NCBI GenBank assembly: GCA_040754315.1
Contig: JBFMCS010000004.1
Coordinates: 7,390-71,389 of the forward strand
Source of the DNA: Bacillota bacterium
GTDB lineage: Bacteria > Bacillota > Sulfobacillia > DUSP01 > JBFMCS01
Direction: 5' to 3'
DNA: 64,000 nt
The notes under the pieces were generated by a model that worked only from the letters and a program-made list of their open reading frames with translations, did no database searches and was not told the origin of the DNA. A program made the position numbers and the translations under genes. Positions 55,154-64,000 of the stretch are shown piece after piece (the first letter of the stretch is position 1; every line of letters starts with the position of its first letter).

Positions 55154-56211
55154 CCCAGCTGGAACAGCGATATGGTGACAAGGTGGCTGTATGCGTGCCC
55201 CATCTTGAGGTAAGCCGCGGGGAGGTCCTGGTTATCCTGGGCCCCAACGGTTCGGGCAAGAGCACTCTCCTGAGGGTGCTGGGACTCCTGGAGCGTCCCT
55301 TCCGGGGCAGTGTGGCCTACAGAGGGAGGGTGCCAGTAACCCAGAAGGAGTGCCTGGACCAGAGAAGGCGCATGGCCATGGTCTTCCAGGACCCCCTCCT
55401 GTTCAAGGGCAGCGTCTTCCGGAATGTCTCCTATGGCCTGCGGGTCAGGGGCATTGACGCCGGGGCAAGCCGCCAGGGAGTCAAGGGCGCCCTGGACCTC
55501 CTGGGCATTGGTCACCTGGAGGATAGGCCGGTGGACACCCTCTCCGGTGGTGAGGCACAGAGGGTGGCACTGGCCCGGGCGCTGGCTGTCAAGCCGGAGG
55601 TGTTCTTCCTGGACGAACCCACGGCGTACCTGGACGCTCCCGCAAAGGAGGCCTTTGTGAAGGACCTGAGGGGGCTCCTGGACAGGCTGGGCCTTACGGC
55701 CCTCTTCGTGACCCACGACCGGTCAGAGGCGCTGGCCCTGGGAGCCCGGGTCGCGGTTCTGGAGGCAGGCCACCTGAGGCAGGCAGGGAATGCTCTAGAG
55801 GTGTTCCGGCGCCCGGCCACCCTGTCCCTGGCGGCATTCCTCGGCGCGGAGGTGGTGGGATCCGGGCGTGTCCAGAGGGATGGCTCCAGGTGGCTGGTCA
55901 AGGCGAACGGAGGCGCTATCACGGTGAACTCTGGGGAAGGATATGAGGGAGAGGTGGACCTGGTGATGAGGCCAGAGGACGTGAACCTCTCCCGCGAGGG
56001 GAGTCACGAGCCTGGACTGAACGCCCTTACAGGCCTGGTATCGGAGATCGTCCCGTCTGGCCACGCCTACCGGGTTACCCTGGACTGCGGCTTCCGGGTC
56101 CGGGGTTACCTGACGGGATACCAGATTCGGTGCTGGCAGGTATCGGTAGGGAATTCACTGACTGCCAGCTTCTACCCAGATGCCGTCCACCTCATTCCCA
56201 GAAGTTCCTGA
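55129..56211 (+). CDS. tupC: Tungstate ABC transporter ATP-binding protein with a C-terminal TOBE-like extension
   Basis: It has Walker A (GPNGSGKST), the signature LSGGEAQRV and Walker B (FFLDEP). The ATG at 55129 overlaps the tupB end. Confidence 0.8.
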   Translation: MEPPAIKVTQLEQRYGDKVAVCVPHLEVSRGEVLVILGPNGSGKSTLLRVLGLLERPFRGSVAYRGRVPVTQKECLDQRRRMAMVFQDPLLFKGSVFRNVSYGLRVRGIDAGASRQGVKGALDLLGIGHLEDRPVDTLSGGEAQRVALARALAVKPEVFFLDEPTAYLDAPAKEAFVKDLRGLLDRLGLTALFVTHDRSEALALGARVAVLEAGHLRQAGNALEVFRRPATLSLAAFLGAEVVGSGRVQRDGSRWLVKANGGAITVNSGEGYEGEVDLVMRPEDVNLSREGSHEPGLNALTGLVSEIVPSGHAYRVTLDCGFRVRGYLTGYQIRCWQVSVGNSLTASFYPDAVHLIPRSS

Positions 56212-56224
56212 AGGGGGTGATGGC

Positions 56225-56431
56225 GTGAAGGTAAGTGGGAGGAACAAACTCTCCGGTATGGTCCAGAGCATCAAGAGGGATGGGATCCTAGCCCAGGTGA
56301 CCGTGGCTGTGCCCGGCCCCGGTACCGTTGTGGCCACCATAACAGGGGATGCCGTGGATGACCTGGGACTGAAGGAAGGCGATTCCGTGCAGGCCCTGGT
56401 GAAGGCCACTAACGTTATGATAATGAAGTAA
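56225..56431 (+). CDS. mop: Mop/TOBE-domain molybdate/tungstate-binding small protein
   Basis: The ~68-aa protein (VKVSGRNKLSGMV...) has a single TOBE fold pattern. It starts with GTG after an AAGGGGGTG RBS. Confidence 0.65.
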   Translation: MKVSGRNKLSGMVQSIKRDGILAQVTVAVPGPGTVVATITGDAVDDLGLKEGDSVQALVKATNVMIMK

Positions 56432-56624
56432 GACCCCCGTAGCCTGTACGACGGCACCTGGTGGAGGGATGCCGCCTCCCGCGTGGAATAGGTAGTGCGG
56501 GGGCGGCATTCGTCTACCAAGGCCCTGGCGGTCCCGGCACACAGGATTGCGCCATCGCCGGAGGTCTCAAGGGCAGGTCTTGAGCGAGTGGGCCGCCAAT
56601 CGATGACAGGGGAGGACTTGACTG

Positions 56625-58058
56625 ATGAAGGAAGCGTTCCCAGTGATGAGGTTCTTGTCTGACGAGGATCTGGGTGTGATCTACGCTGCCAGCCTGAGGA
56701 TCCTGGAGGGCACCGGCATGGTGATCAAGTCCCGCCGGGCTCTGGAACTGCTAGGAAACGCAGGCTGTGCCCAGAGGGACGGGAGGATCATGATCCCACC
56801 TAGACTGGTGGAGTGGGCCATGGAGAAGGCCCCATCCACCGTGACCCTCCATGACCGCGAGGGCCGTCCCTCAGTCCTGCTGGAGGGGAGAACCTCTTAC
56901 TTCGGGACGGGATCGGACTGTCCCAATATACTGGATCACCAGACCGGCGAGCGCCGTCCCTTCACCAAGGATGATGTATCCCGGGGGATGCGTGTGTGTG
57001 AGGCCTTGCCCAACATCGACTTCGTCATGTCCATGGGCCTCATCTCCGATGTGCCCAGGTGGTCCTCGGACAGGCACCAGTTCCAGGTGATGCTTACCTG
57101 GACGAGGAAGCCCGTGGTGTTCACCGCCCATGACCTTGAGGGCTGCCGGGACATAGTTGAGATGGCCGCTATGGCGGCCAATGGAGTGGCTCACCTGTAT
57201 AGATACCCTCAGTTAGTTCTGTACTCGGAACCCACGTCACCCCTGGTCCATTCGGAGCCGGCCCTTGACAAGCTCCTCTACATGGCTAGCCTGGGGCTCC
57301 CTACGGTCTATTCCCCTGGCATGATGCCGGGCGCGACGGCCCCAGTGACGGCTGCCGGGGCTCTCGCCCTGGCCACCGCTGAGGCCCTCGTGGGCATCGT
57401 GCTGGGACAACTGGAGAGGGAGGGCGCCCCCTTCATTTTTGGCGCCGGTATTAGTCCCATGGACATGAGGACCAGCGTGTGTTCCTACGCATCCCCGGAA
57501 TTCATGAGAAACCAGGTAGGGGTAGCTGAGATGGCTCGATACCTGGGCCTTCCATCCTGGGGCTACGCGGGCTGCAGCGACGCCAAGGTGCCTGACCAGC
57601 AGGCTGCCCTGGAATCGGGAATGTGGGCCGTCATGACCTGCATGATGGGGGCCAACCTGGTGCATGACGTGGGGTACCTGGAATCAGGGCTCACGGGATC
57701 CCTGGAGATGCTGGTCTTAAACGATGAGGCCATCGGCGCGGCCCGCAGGATAGCGCAGGGGATAGGGGTGGACGAGGAGTCCCTGGCGGTGGAGGCCGTT
57801 CACCGTGTGGGCCCCGGGGGGCAGTTTCTCACGGACGAGCATACCCTTGCCCACTTCAGGGAGGACTGGGTCCCGGGCCTTCTTGACAGGCAAAACCACA
57901 TGGCGTGGCAAGCCTCCGGCCAGAAGACCCTGAGAGATAGAGCCAAGGAGCGGGTGGAGGAGATCCTCCGGAGGGACCTAGCCCCGGTCATCCCTGAGGA
58001 TGTGGCCATGGAAATCGAGGGCATGGTGAAGCGGGCCGATGGCAGCCGGATGAACTAG
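56625..58058 (+). CDS. MttB-superfamily methyltransferase, full length and without an in-frame amber codon (non-pyrrolysine type, MtgB-like)
   Basis: The 477-aa protein has MttB-family similarity over its whole length (LSDEDLGVIYAASLRILE N-terminus). There is no TAG interruption. Confidence 0.75.
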   Translation: MKEAFPVMRFLSDEDLGVIYAASLRILEGTGMVIKSRRALELLGNAGCAQRDGRIMIPPRLVEWAMEKAPSTVTLHDREGRPSVLLEGRTSYFGTGSDCPNILDHQTGERRPFTKDDVSRGMRVCEALPNIDFVMSMGLISDVPRWSSDRHQFQVMLTWTRKPVVFTAHDLEGCRDIVEMAAMAANGVAHLYRYPQLVLYSEPTSPLVHSEPALDKLLYMASLGLPTVYSPGMMPGATAPVTAAGALALATAEALVGIVLGQLEREGAPFIFGAGISPMDMRTSVCSYASPEFMRNQVGVAEMARYLGLPSWGYAGCSDAKVPDQQAALESGMWAVMTCMMGANLVHDVGYLESGLTGSLEMLVLNDEAIGAARRIAQGIGVDEESLAVEAVHRVGPGGQFLTDEHTLAHFREDWVPGLLDRQNHMAWQASGQKTLRDRAKERVEEILRRDLAPVIPEDVAMEIEGMVKRADGSRMN

Positions 58059-58076
58059 GAGTGGAGGGATCCGCCC

Positions 58077-58742
58077 TTGGCATTGATTACCATTACGGCT
58101 GGGGACCGGGAGACCGCCAGGGTGGTAGCAGGGCGGGTCTCGAGGCGGATGGGCCTGGACCTGCTGGAGGAGCCCTGGGAAGGGGCTGTGAGCGGTGTCC
58201 TGCCCATGACGCCGGGAGGCCCTGCGGTGCCGCCAGACCTCAGTGTTGCCCTGGCGCCACTGGGACAAGGGGAGGCCTCCTACCACATGACCCTGGATCT
58301 GGAACGCCTGGGCCCCTCCGGGTGCGCCGACGCCATTGTGGCGGTGGCTGCCAGCCTGGGGCTGGCCAGAAAGAGGAAACGGGGCCTTACCCGTTCTCGG
58401 AGAACCCGGTTTGCCCACGCAAGCGAGAGGGAGTTCGCCGGGATACTGGACTTCTACGGGATCCATTACATGTACGAGCCCCACACATTCCCCCTGGCTT
58501 GGGATGAGGAAGGCCGCGTCACCATGGCGTTTACCCCCGACTTCTATCTTCCGGAATATGACCTGTACCTGGAATTGACCACGCTCAAGCAGGGACTGGT
58601 CTCAAAGAAGAATAGGAAGATCCGCCTTCTGGGGGAGATTTACCCGGAGGTCCAGCTGAAGGTTCTATACGGCAAGGACTACAAGAGGCTGCTTGAGAGG
58701 TGGGGTTTTGTTGATGAGGAGGAGAATCAATACCCCAAGTGA
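58077..58742 (+). CDS. Hypothetical protein
   Basis: The 221-aa ORF has no confident domain. Its N-terminus resembles a nucleotide-kinase-like fold without an intact P-loop. Confidence 0.35.
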   Translation: MALITITAGDRETARVVAGRVSRRMGLDLLEEPWEGAVSGVLPMTPGGPAVPPDLSVALAPLGQGEASYHMTLDLERLGPSGCADAIVAVAASLGLARKRKRGLTRSRRTRFAHASEREFAGILDFYGIHYMYEPHTFPLAWDEEGRVTMAFTPDFYLPEYDLYLELTTLKQGLVSKKNRKIRLLGEIYPEVQLKVLYGKDYKRLLERWGFVDEEENQYPK

Positions 58743-59148
58743 CCTTTTTGGGGTTCCTCGCCCGGACCCGTTCAGGCTTTATGCTTGCGGGCCTGCCCTC
58801 CCCGAGTGCGGCTTTCGCCGGCACTCCGGTGCGCTGACCTTTAAGCGGCCTCCCGGAACCTGGGCGGGTTTGTCCGGCTATTCCTCGGGCTTACCGGCCC
58901 TAGGCCTTTTCCGGTCTCGACCTTCCGGTCGTCCAGGAAAAGACTTGCGGCTCGACCCGCCCTCCGACTCCGGCTCTTACGGGGCCCAGGGCTCCCGGCC
59001 CGTCCACCCCATCCCGGCTTTCACCGGGTGGCTTGGACTCACCTTGACCCTGAGGCTCCGTTCCCTCGACCACTTGGGGTAATCACAGAATACTATGGAA
59101 CGCGGCGCAAGTCAATACTTTTTATGCTGGAAATTAGTGTTAAGGGGG

Positions 59149-59736
59149 ATGACAGTGTACCAGGACATTAGGGAGGTAGTATTTACGCAGGGTGATATCA
59201 GGGCTGCGGTGGCCCGCCTGGGAATCCAGATATCTCGGGACTACCAGGATAGGGATCTGGTGCTAGTGAGTGTCCTCAGGGGCGGCGCCTTCTTCGTGAC
59301 GGATCTGGCCCGGGCCATCCCTGCCTACCTCTCCCTGGACTTTATGGCCATCTCACGCTACGGGCCCAGGGCTAGGGGGGAGAAGGGAGTACGCATCCTC
59401 AAGGACCTGGACGAGGACATCTTGGGGAAGGATGTCATCTTGGTTGAGGACATCATCGACACGGGACTCACCTGTGCCTACCTGGTACGTATCCTCAACG
59501 AGCGCTCCCCCCGGAGCCTTAAGGTATGCTGCCTCTTGGACCGGCGCGAGCGGAGGCTTGTGAACCTGCCCTTGGCCTATGTGGGGTTCAAGGTGTCCGA
59601 TGCCTTCCTGGTAGGGTACGGGCTGGACTACAGGGAGATGTACCGCAACCTTCCCTTCATCGGGCTTCTCACCGACGGGGCCCGGGAGAGGCTCTCTCCC
59701 TCCAGTACCACGCCTACAGGTCAAGGGAGTCGATAG
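59149..59736 (+). CDS. hpt: Hypoxanthine-guanine phosphoribosyltransferase
   Basis: It has the PRPP-binding motif VILVEDIIDTGLT and Hpt-family similarity. The ATG is at 59149 after an AAGGGGGA RBS. Confidence 0.85.
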   Translation: MTVYQDIREVVFTQGDIRAAVARLGIQISRDYQDRDLVLVSVLRGGAFFVTDLARAIPAYLSLDFMAISRYGPRARGEKGVRILKDLDEDILGKDVILVEDIIDTGLTCAYLVRILNERSPRSLKVCCLLDRRERRLVNLPLAYVGFKVSDAFLVGYGLDYREMYRNLPFIGLLTDGARERLSPSSTTPTGQGSR

Positions 59737-60640
59737 CCTCTCTCAGGAGACGGGAAGAGTGCCGGAAGGCCTCGGCCTCCTCAGGTGCGAGGGGCAGCCG
59801 GATGATCTTCTCAATGCCCCCTGAGCCCACCACTGCCGGGACGCTAGTGCAGACCTCGTCGATCCCTTCATAGTCCCTGATCAGCGATGATACGGTCAGC
59901 ACCGTCCGGTTATCCCCTATGATCGTTTCCACGATCCTGGCCAGCGCTATGGCTATGGCATAGTACGTGGCGCCCTTTCTGCGGATGATCTCATATGCCG
60001 AGGTCCTGACTCCCTCGAAGATGGCTCCCATCTCCTCCTCGTCGTGACCGGGGAAGTCCCTGAGTCTCATGCCCGCGATGTTGGCCAGACTCCACACAGG
60101 AAGTTCCGTATCCCCGTGTTCCCCAATGATATAGGCGTGGATGCTGCGGGGGTCCACCCTGAAGTGCTCACCCAGGGCGTGGCGCAACCTTGAGGTGTCC
60201 AAGAGCGTGCCGGAGCCTATCACCCTCCTGGGTGGGAAGCCGGACAGGCGCCAGGCAACGTAGGTGAGGACATCCACGGGGTTAGTGGCCACCAGCAGGA
60301 CGCACTGCCTGTTGTTCCCGGTCACACTCCTGATCACGGAGCGAAACACCTCTGTGTTCCTCTTCAGGAGGTCCAAACGTGTCTCTCCGGGTCGCTGGCT
60401 CACCCCGGCAGCAATGACCACGACCTGCGCCCCGTCCAGATCCTGGTACCCACCGCTCTTGACCTGCACAGGGTGGGCCAGGGGCACAGCATGGCTGATG
60501 TCCATGGCTTGTCCCGCGGCCTTGTCGGGATCAATGTCCACCAGGACCACCTCGCTGGCCACCCCGGTGAGTACCATGGTATAGGCGAAAGTAGACCCTA
60601 CCAGGCCTGTGCCGACTATGCCAACCTTTCCTTGGGTCAA
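59714..60640 (-). CDS. ldh: L-lactate dehydrogenase
   Basis: It has the GIVGTGLVGS Rossmann motif and the active-site His/Arg regions of L-LDH. Confidence 0.9.
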   Translation of the reverse strand: MTQGKVGIVGTGLVGSTFAYTMVLTGVASEVVLVDIDPDKAAGQAMDISHAVPLAHPVQVKSGGYQDLDGAQVVVIAAGVSQRPGETRLDLLKRNTEVFRSVIRSVTGNNRQCVLLVATNPVDVLTYVAWRLSGFPPRRVIGSGTLLDTSRLRHALGEHFRVDPRSIHAYIIGEHGDTELPVWSLANIAGMRLRDFPGHDEEEMGAIFEGVRTSAYEIIRRKGATYYAIAIALARIVETIIGDNRTVLTVSSLIRDYEGIDEVCTSVPAVVGSGGIEKIIRLPLAPEEAEAFRHSSRLLREAIDSLDL

Positions 60641-60764
60641 CTCAATACCTCCGGCGGTTCGATGGCATTAGGGTTTCCCTTATCCTCGCCCGCTAGTACG
60701 TCCGGGCTGGAGGAATTGGCGGCCCTAGGGGGGAATCAGGGGTAGGTGAAAGGAGGCAAGGTTC

Positions 60765-61811
60765 TTGACCGTTTCCGGGTCAGGCTTGGGAGTCACAGTG
60801 AGAAGGTTGCGCCGGTTCCTCATCACCGTCATTACCGGTGGCCTTGTGCTGGCCGCCCTCTACTACCTTCCCACAGGGTATGTGCTGGTGTCACCTGGGC
60901 CTGTGAGGGATCTCTCCCAAGTGATAAAGGTTACAGGGGGTGCCGCGGACTCCTCAGGGCGGGTACTCCTTACCACCATCAACTCCCGGGATGCGGGGCC
61001 CCTTCTCTACCTGTACGGGATGGTGAACCCCAAGGCTGACCTGACGCCTCAGAGTGCCGTGGTCCCCCCGGGGCAAGACAGGGACGAGTACTGGGAGTAC
61101 CAGCGGCGCCTCATGGAGGAGAGCCAGGCCGCAGCGAAGGTTGCGGCCCTGGCCTACCTTGGCTACGAGGCAAGCCTGGTGGGGACGGGGGTCATGGTGA
61201 TGGATCTCTTGCCCTCTTCTCCTTCCGAGGGGCTTCTCAAGCCCGGCGACCTCATCACAATGGTGGACGGTGTGACTGTGAATATCGCCGGGGACCTCCT
61301 TGACTACATGGCCAGGAAGACGCCGGGGGAACCTGTTCGCCTGGAGATAAGCCGGGCCGGCGAGACCAGGACCCTGGAGGTTCCCACCGAGGCCCATCCC
61401 TCAGAGGGACGGGCCATCATGGGAGTCCTGGTGACCACAGCAGGCTTCGACGCCGAGATACCCTTGGAGATCCACATCGAGATCCAGGGCATCACCGGAC
61501 CCTCAGCCGGCCTCATGTTTTCCCTGGAAATAGTCAACCAGCTTAGCCCCGGTGACCTCACCAGGGGTATGACCGTGGCGGGAACCGGCACCATCACCGG
61601 CAACGGTGTGGTGGGTCCCGTTGGGGGAGTGCGCCAGAAGGTGTTCGCTGCCGAGAGGGAGGGGGCCGAGGTATTCCTGGTGCCTGTGGAAAACTTCACG
61701 GAGGCAATATCGGCGGCCTCCCGTGTCAGGGTGGTGCCCGTGACCTCCCTGGCCGAGGCCCTCCAGGCCCTTAGGGAATCCGGGCTGGAGACCGGGGAGC
61801 CCCCGGATTGA
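60765..61811 (+). CDS. ylbL: YlbL-like PDZ-domain plus Lon-protease-like (S16) membrane-anchored protein
   Basis: It has an N-terminal TM segment, a PDZ domain, and a Lon_C-like domain with the Ser region (GPSAG). It follows ylbJ synteny. Confidence 0.85.
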   Translation: MTVSGSGLGVTVRRLRRFLITVITGGLVLAALYYLPTGYVLVSPGPVRDLSQVIKVTGGAADSSGRVLLTTINSRDAGPLLYLYGMVNPKADLTPQSAVVPPGQDRDEYWEYQRRLMEESQAAAKVAALAYLGYEASLVGTGVMVMDLLPSSPSEGLLKPGDLITMVDGVTVNIAGDLLDYMARKTPGEPVRLEISRAGETRTLEVPTEAHPSEGRAIMGVLVTTAGFDAEIPLEIHIEIQGITGPSAGLMFSLEIVNQLSPGDLTRGMTVAGTGTITGNGVVGPVGGVRQKVFAAEREGAEVFLVPVENFTEAISAASRVRVVPVTSLAEALQALRESGLETGEPPD

Positions 61812-61901
61812 GGGTGAGGCACGCCCTCGGCCCAAGCTGCAACCTCCTGTATCATCCTCTCCACTCACGACATGGCGTAGGCGAAGGCCCTGGCAGGCGA
61901 A

Positions 61902-62848
61902 ATGGCCGTCCTGCTCCGGGGGAGAATCGTTGCCACCTGTACCCTGCGGGATATCACCGCAGCCGGGGCGGGGTTGACTAAGATCACCGTGCGTACCTCG
62001 GGTTCGAGCCTGGAAGGGAACACCCTCCCGGCAGCAGCCCGGGAGGGCTGGGTGGAGGGGTATCACGTCTACTACTCCACCAAGACCGGGTCAACGGTGG
62101 CCGCCATCATCAGCAAGGTAGAGACAGCCGGGGATAGTTCCTGGATCTGCGCCTGGAACGCCCGTCCCTGGAAGAGAGATTCCTGGAACTTACCACACAG
62201 GGGGGGTGCTCTAAATGAACGCTTTTGCCGGGCACTTCTCCTTCGAGTTCTTCCCGGCCTGCGAAACAGGAACCATCTGCTCCTCAACTACCTATTGCCC
62301 CTAGGCTTCTAAGCTATGATGGGCCTGGTTATGACGGGGCTCAATCCATTCTTCACGGAAACCATGCTCCCCGCGATGCTGGTGTTCACCGTGCTCTCCG
62401 GTGGCATCCTGGGGCTCCCCGGTCCCTGGTGGAGGCACGCGAGGGAGGAGCCCTGCGCAGCTACAAGATCAACGGGGTGCCTCAATCCTGTCCATTCCCG
62501 CCATGGCTACATGCATCCACCTGGTCATCGCTGCCACGGCCGGGTCCCTCTTCGGGGCGCCGCTGCCCGCTGGATGGCCCGCCCTGGTCCTGAATCTACC
62601 TGGCACTCCTTTTCTCCTGCAGCGGCCTGGGGGTGCTCATCGGCGTCATTTCCTCCAGCAGCCAGTCGACGGTACTGTGGTCCCAGATGGTATACGTGGC
62701 CTCGATGCTTCTTAGCGGCATGATGGTTCCAGGCCACCTGACGCCCGGCGCCCTGCAGAAGGCGACTCGCCTGCTGCCGGGAACCTATGCCATGGAGGCC
62801 ATCAAGGGGCTCGGTTTGGACGGATCCGGCGGCAAAGGAAAAGTTTGA
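61902..62848 (+). pseudogene. Decayed ABC-2-type transporter. It holds a C-terminal fragment of an ABC ATPase followed by a frameshifted permease.
   Basis: One frame gives LDLRLERPSLEERFLELTTQGG (an ATPase C-terminal motif). Permease pieces (MMGLVMTGLNPFF..., LRSYKINGVP, ...LLPGTYAMEAIKGL) are spread over three frames. Confidence 0.4.
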
Positions 62849-63145
62849 CAGTGTGTCGAACTGTCTCTGCCATTAGGGTGTGAGGGGGAATGGCCACCGG
62901 GAGGTGTGTTGCGCACGGGGTTGTTTCGCAGTATGTGGGGCTGCTGCATGGTCCGGGTCGATGGTTCAGAAAGGCCTTCCCAGTCGGGGTTCAGGTGCCC
63001 TAGCTAGTGGTCGAGGGTTTACGGCTCGCCGCCGGGAAGAGCCACAATCTGTGCCAGGTCGCTCCTAGATGGGCGCGTGGGGCAAGGCAGGCAATTTGCA
63101 GTGAGCGGAGGGTTTACTTGTTCCAGTGAAAGGCGGGGCTGCTTC

Positions 63146-63856
63146 ATGCCGTTTCGCCGTCGGGTGAAGCAGGTTTTGGTGTTCCTGGATAAGGCGTCGG
63201 ACGCCATCCAAATGTTGCTCATGGTGCTCCTGGCGGTGGGAAATCAGATCAGATACCCCTTTTCGTTGACACTGGCCTTTGTGGTGATTGCCATCGTGCT
63301 GGTGTGGAAGAACTATGCCGTCAAGACCCGCCGGGGAAGGGTGCTCACCAAGGCAAAGATGGAGCACGTTCTGGCTCACTTGGTGAATGCTGTCGAAAGA
63401 TACCAGTGCAGGCAAGGGAAAGACTCCCTTCGGGCGAATATAATGACCTTGGGGAATGAACGGCTCCAGATCGTTGCCTCATGCAGAATGGCCAATGACT
63501 TGGATCAGGACATAACCTTTGCCGTAGGCCAGGGGTGCTGTGGAGAGGCGTATGACTCGGGCCAGCTGGTGGGAGGCGACTTATCCAGCGTGTACATGGA
63601 CACATGGGAGGAAACCCGCAGGGAGTACGGGAGCCCCCCATGGGGCATCACGCGGCAGCAGTTCGAGAAGACCAGGACATTGAAGTCCGTTTTGAGTGTC
63701 CCGATGGTTCAGGGCGACAAGGTGCTGGGTGTGCTCAATCTGGACGATAAGGTCCCCCTGGATGAAGCCGGTTTTGGGGACGACGAAATGCTCCTGGTCA
63801 TTGGCGGGTACATGTGTTTCGCCATGAGCATCATCTCTGGGGAGGCTGGGGAATGA
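63146..63856 (+). CDS. Membrane-anchored GAF-domain protein
   Basis: An N-terminal TM helix is followed by a GAF-like region. The start codon is uncertain: the ORF track begins at 63077 and alternative ATGs lie at 63146 and 63209. Confidence 0.45.
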   Translation: MPFRRRVKQVLVFLDKASDAIQMLLMVLLAVGNQIRYPFSLTLAFVVIAIVLVWKNYAVKTRRGRVLTKAKMEHVLAHLVNAVERYQCRQGKDSLRANIMTLGNERLQIVASCRMANDLDQDITFAVGQGCCGEAYDSGQLVGGDLSSVYMDTWEETRREYGSPPWGITRQQFEKTRTLKSVLSVPMVQGDKVLGVLNLDDKVPLDEAGFGDDEMLLVIGGYMCFAMSIISGEAGE

Positions 63857-64000
63857 TCAATGGGGTCTGGGTCGAAGTAGAAGGGAAGAAGGGCCTTTAC
63901 AGGCGCAAGGAAGAACTGGAGGTTCCTAAGACATCCATCGAGTCTGCTGGCAAGGACCTAACGAGGTCCAGTTGGTTCAGGGAGGCTTGCTGGAGACCGG
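63852..64000 (+). CDS. Partial CDS (5' part) of a hypothetical protein running off the window end
   Basis: An ATG at 63852 overlaps the previous stop. The frame is open to the window end. Confidence 0.25.

Noticed and set aside
58743-59148. Tested RNase P (types A and B), SRP RNA, 6S and tmRNA identities on both strands.
   Set aside because: Conserved blocks (GGAAAGUCCGG and ACAGAAAGUGCCACAG for RNase P, CAGGUCCGGAAGGAAGCAGC for SRP, and the tmRNA ends) are absent. Only a weak ACAAACCCGCC resemblance to RNase P CR-IV was seen.

Overview
This is a high-GC (about 62-65%) bacterial chromosome window. The organism looks like a sporulating Firmicute (Clostridia- or Symbiobacterium-like): the window carries SASP, gpr, ylbJ and remA. 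Most of the window follows the conserved B. subtilis ylo/ylb gene order. One stretch runs Ca-ATPase (yloB-like), yicC, remA, gmk, rpoZ, coaBC, priA, def, fmt, rsmB, PP2C phosphatase, prkC, rsgA, rpe, then rpmB, Asp23 (yloU) and DAK2/FakA (yloV). A second stretch runs rsmD, coaD, ylbJ and ylbL. Several accessory insertions break this order. (1) At 0.5-6.5 kb, a minus-strand operon holds a tungsten-type aldehyde:ferredoxin oxidoreductase, two tandem paralogous racemase-like genes, an Fe-alcohol dehydrogenase and a DapA-family aldolase/deaminase, next to a 4Fe-4S ferredoxin. (2) At 6.9-8.6 kb there is a decayed mobile element with three direct repeats, a transposase HTH fused to an ExeA/TniB-like ATPase tail, and a low-GC methyltransferase. 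(3) At 8.9-12.5 kb there is a partial his operon, hisZ-hisG-hisB-hisA-hisIE, lacking hisD, hisC, hisH and hisF. (4) At 12.5-21.7 kb lies the most unusual locus. It encodes a NuoE-like 2Fe-2S protein, a 1056-aa NuoF-GltD fusion, a NuoG-N-terminal-like Fe-S protein, and a stand-alone GltB FMN-domain protein with an N-terminal Cys cluster. A small hypothetical and a cytoplasmic GAF-histidine kinase/OmpR pair follow, and an AsnB-like protein lacking the Cys nucleophile sits beside them. This is a candidate previously undescribed flavin/Fe-S oxidoreductase, possibly an electron-bifurcating glutamate-synthase-like enzyme. (5) dapF and dapL are inserted between the Ca-ATPase and yicC. (6) A TnpB (IS605) remnant replaces thiN between rpe and rpmB. 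(7) At 52-60.6 kb an island between ylbJ and ylbL holds an IDH/IPMDH-family dehydrogenase, the tungstate ABC transporter tupABC with a Mop protein, a non-Pyl MttB-family methyltransferase, a hypothetical, hpt and ldh. The sporulation-related SASP gene sits next to gpr behind a sigma-G-like promoter. Several GC-rich intergenic stretches (12.5-13.0 kb, 43.0-43.7 kb, 58.7-59.1 kb) may hold structured RNAs, but I could not assign them to a class. No rRNA, tRNA or CRISPR arrays were found.
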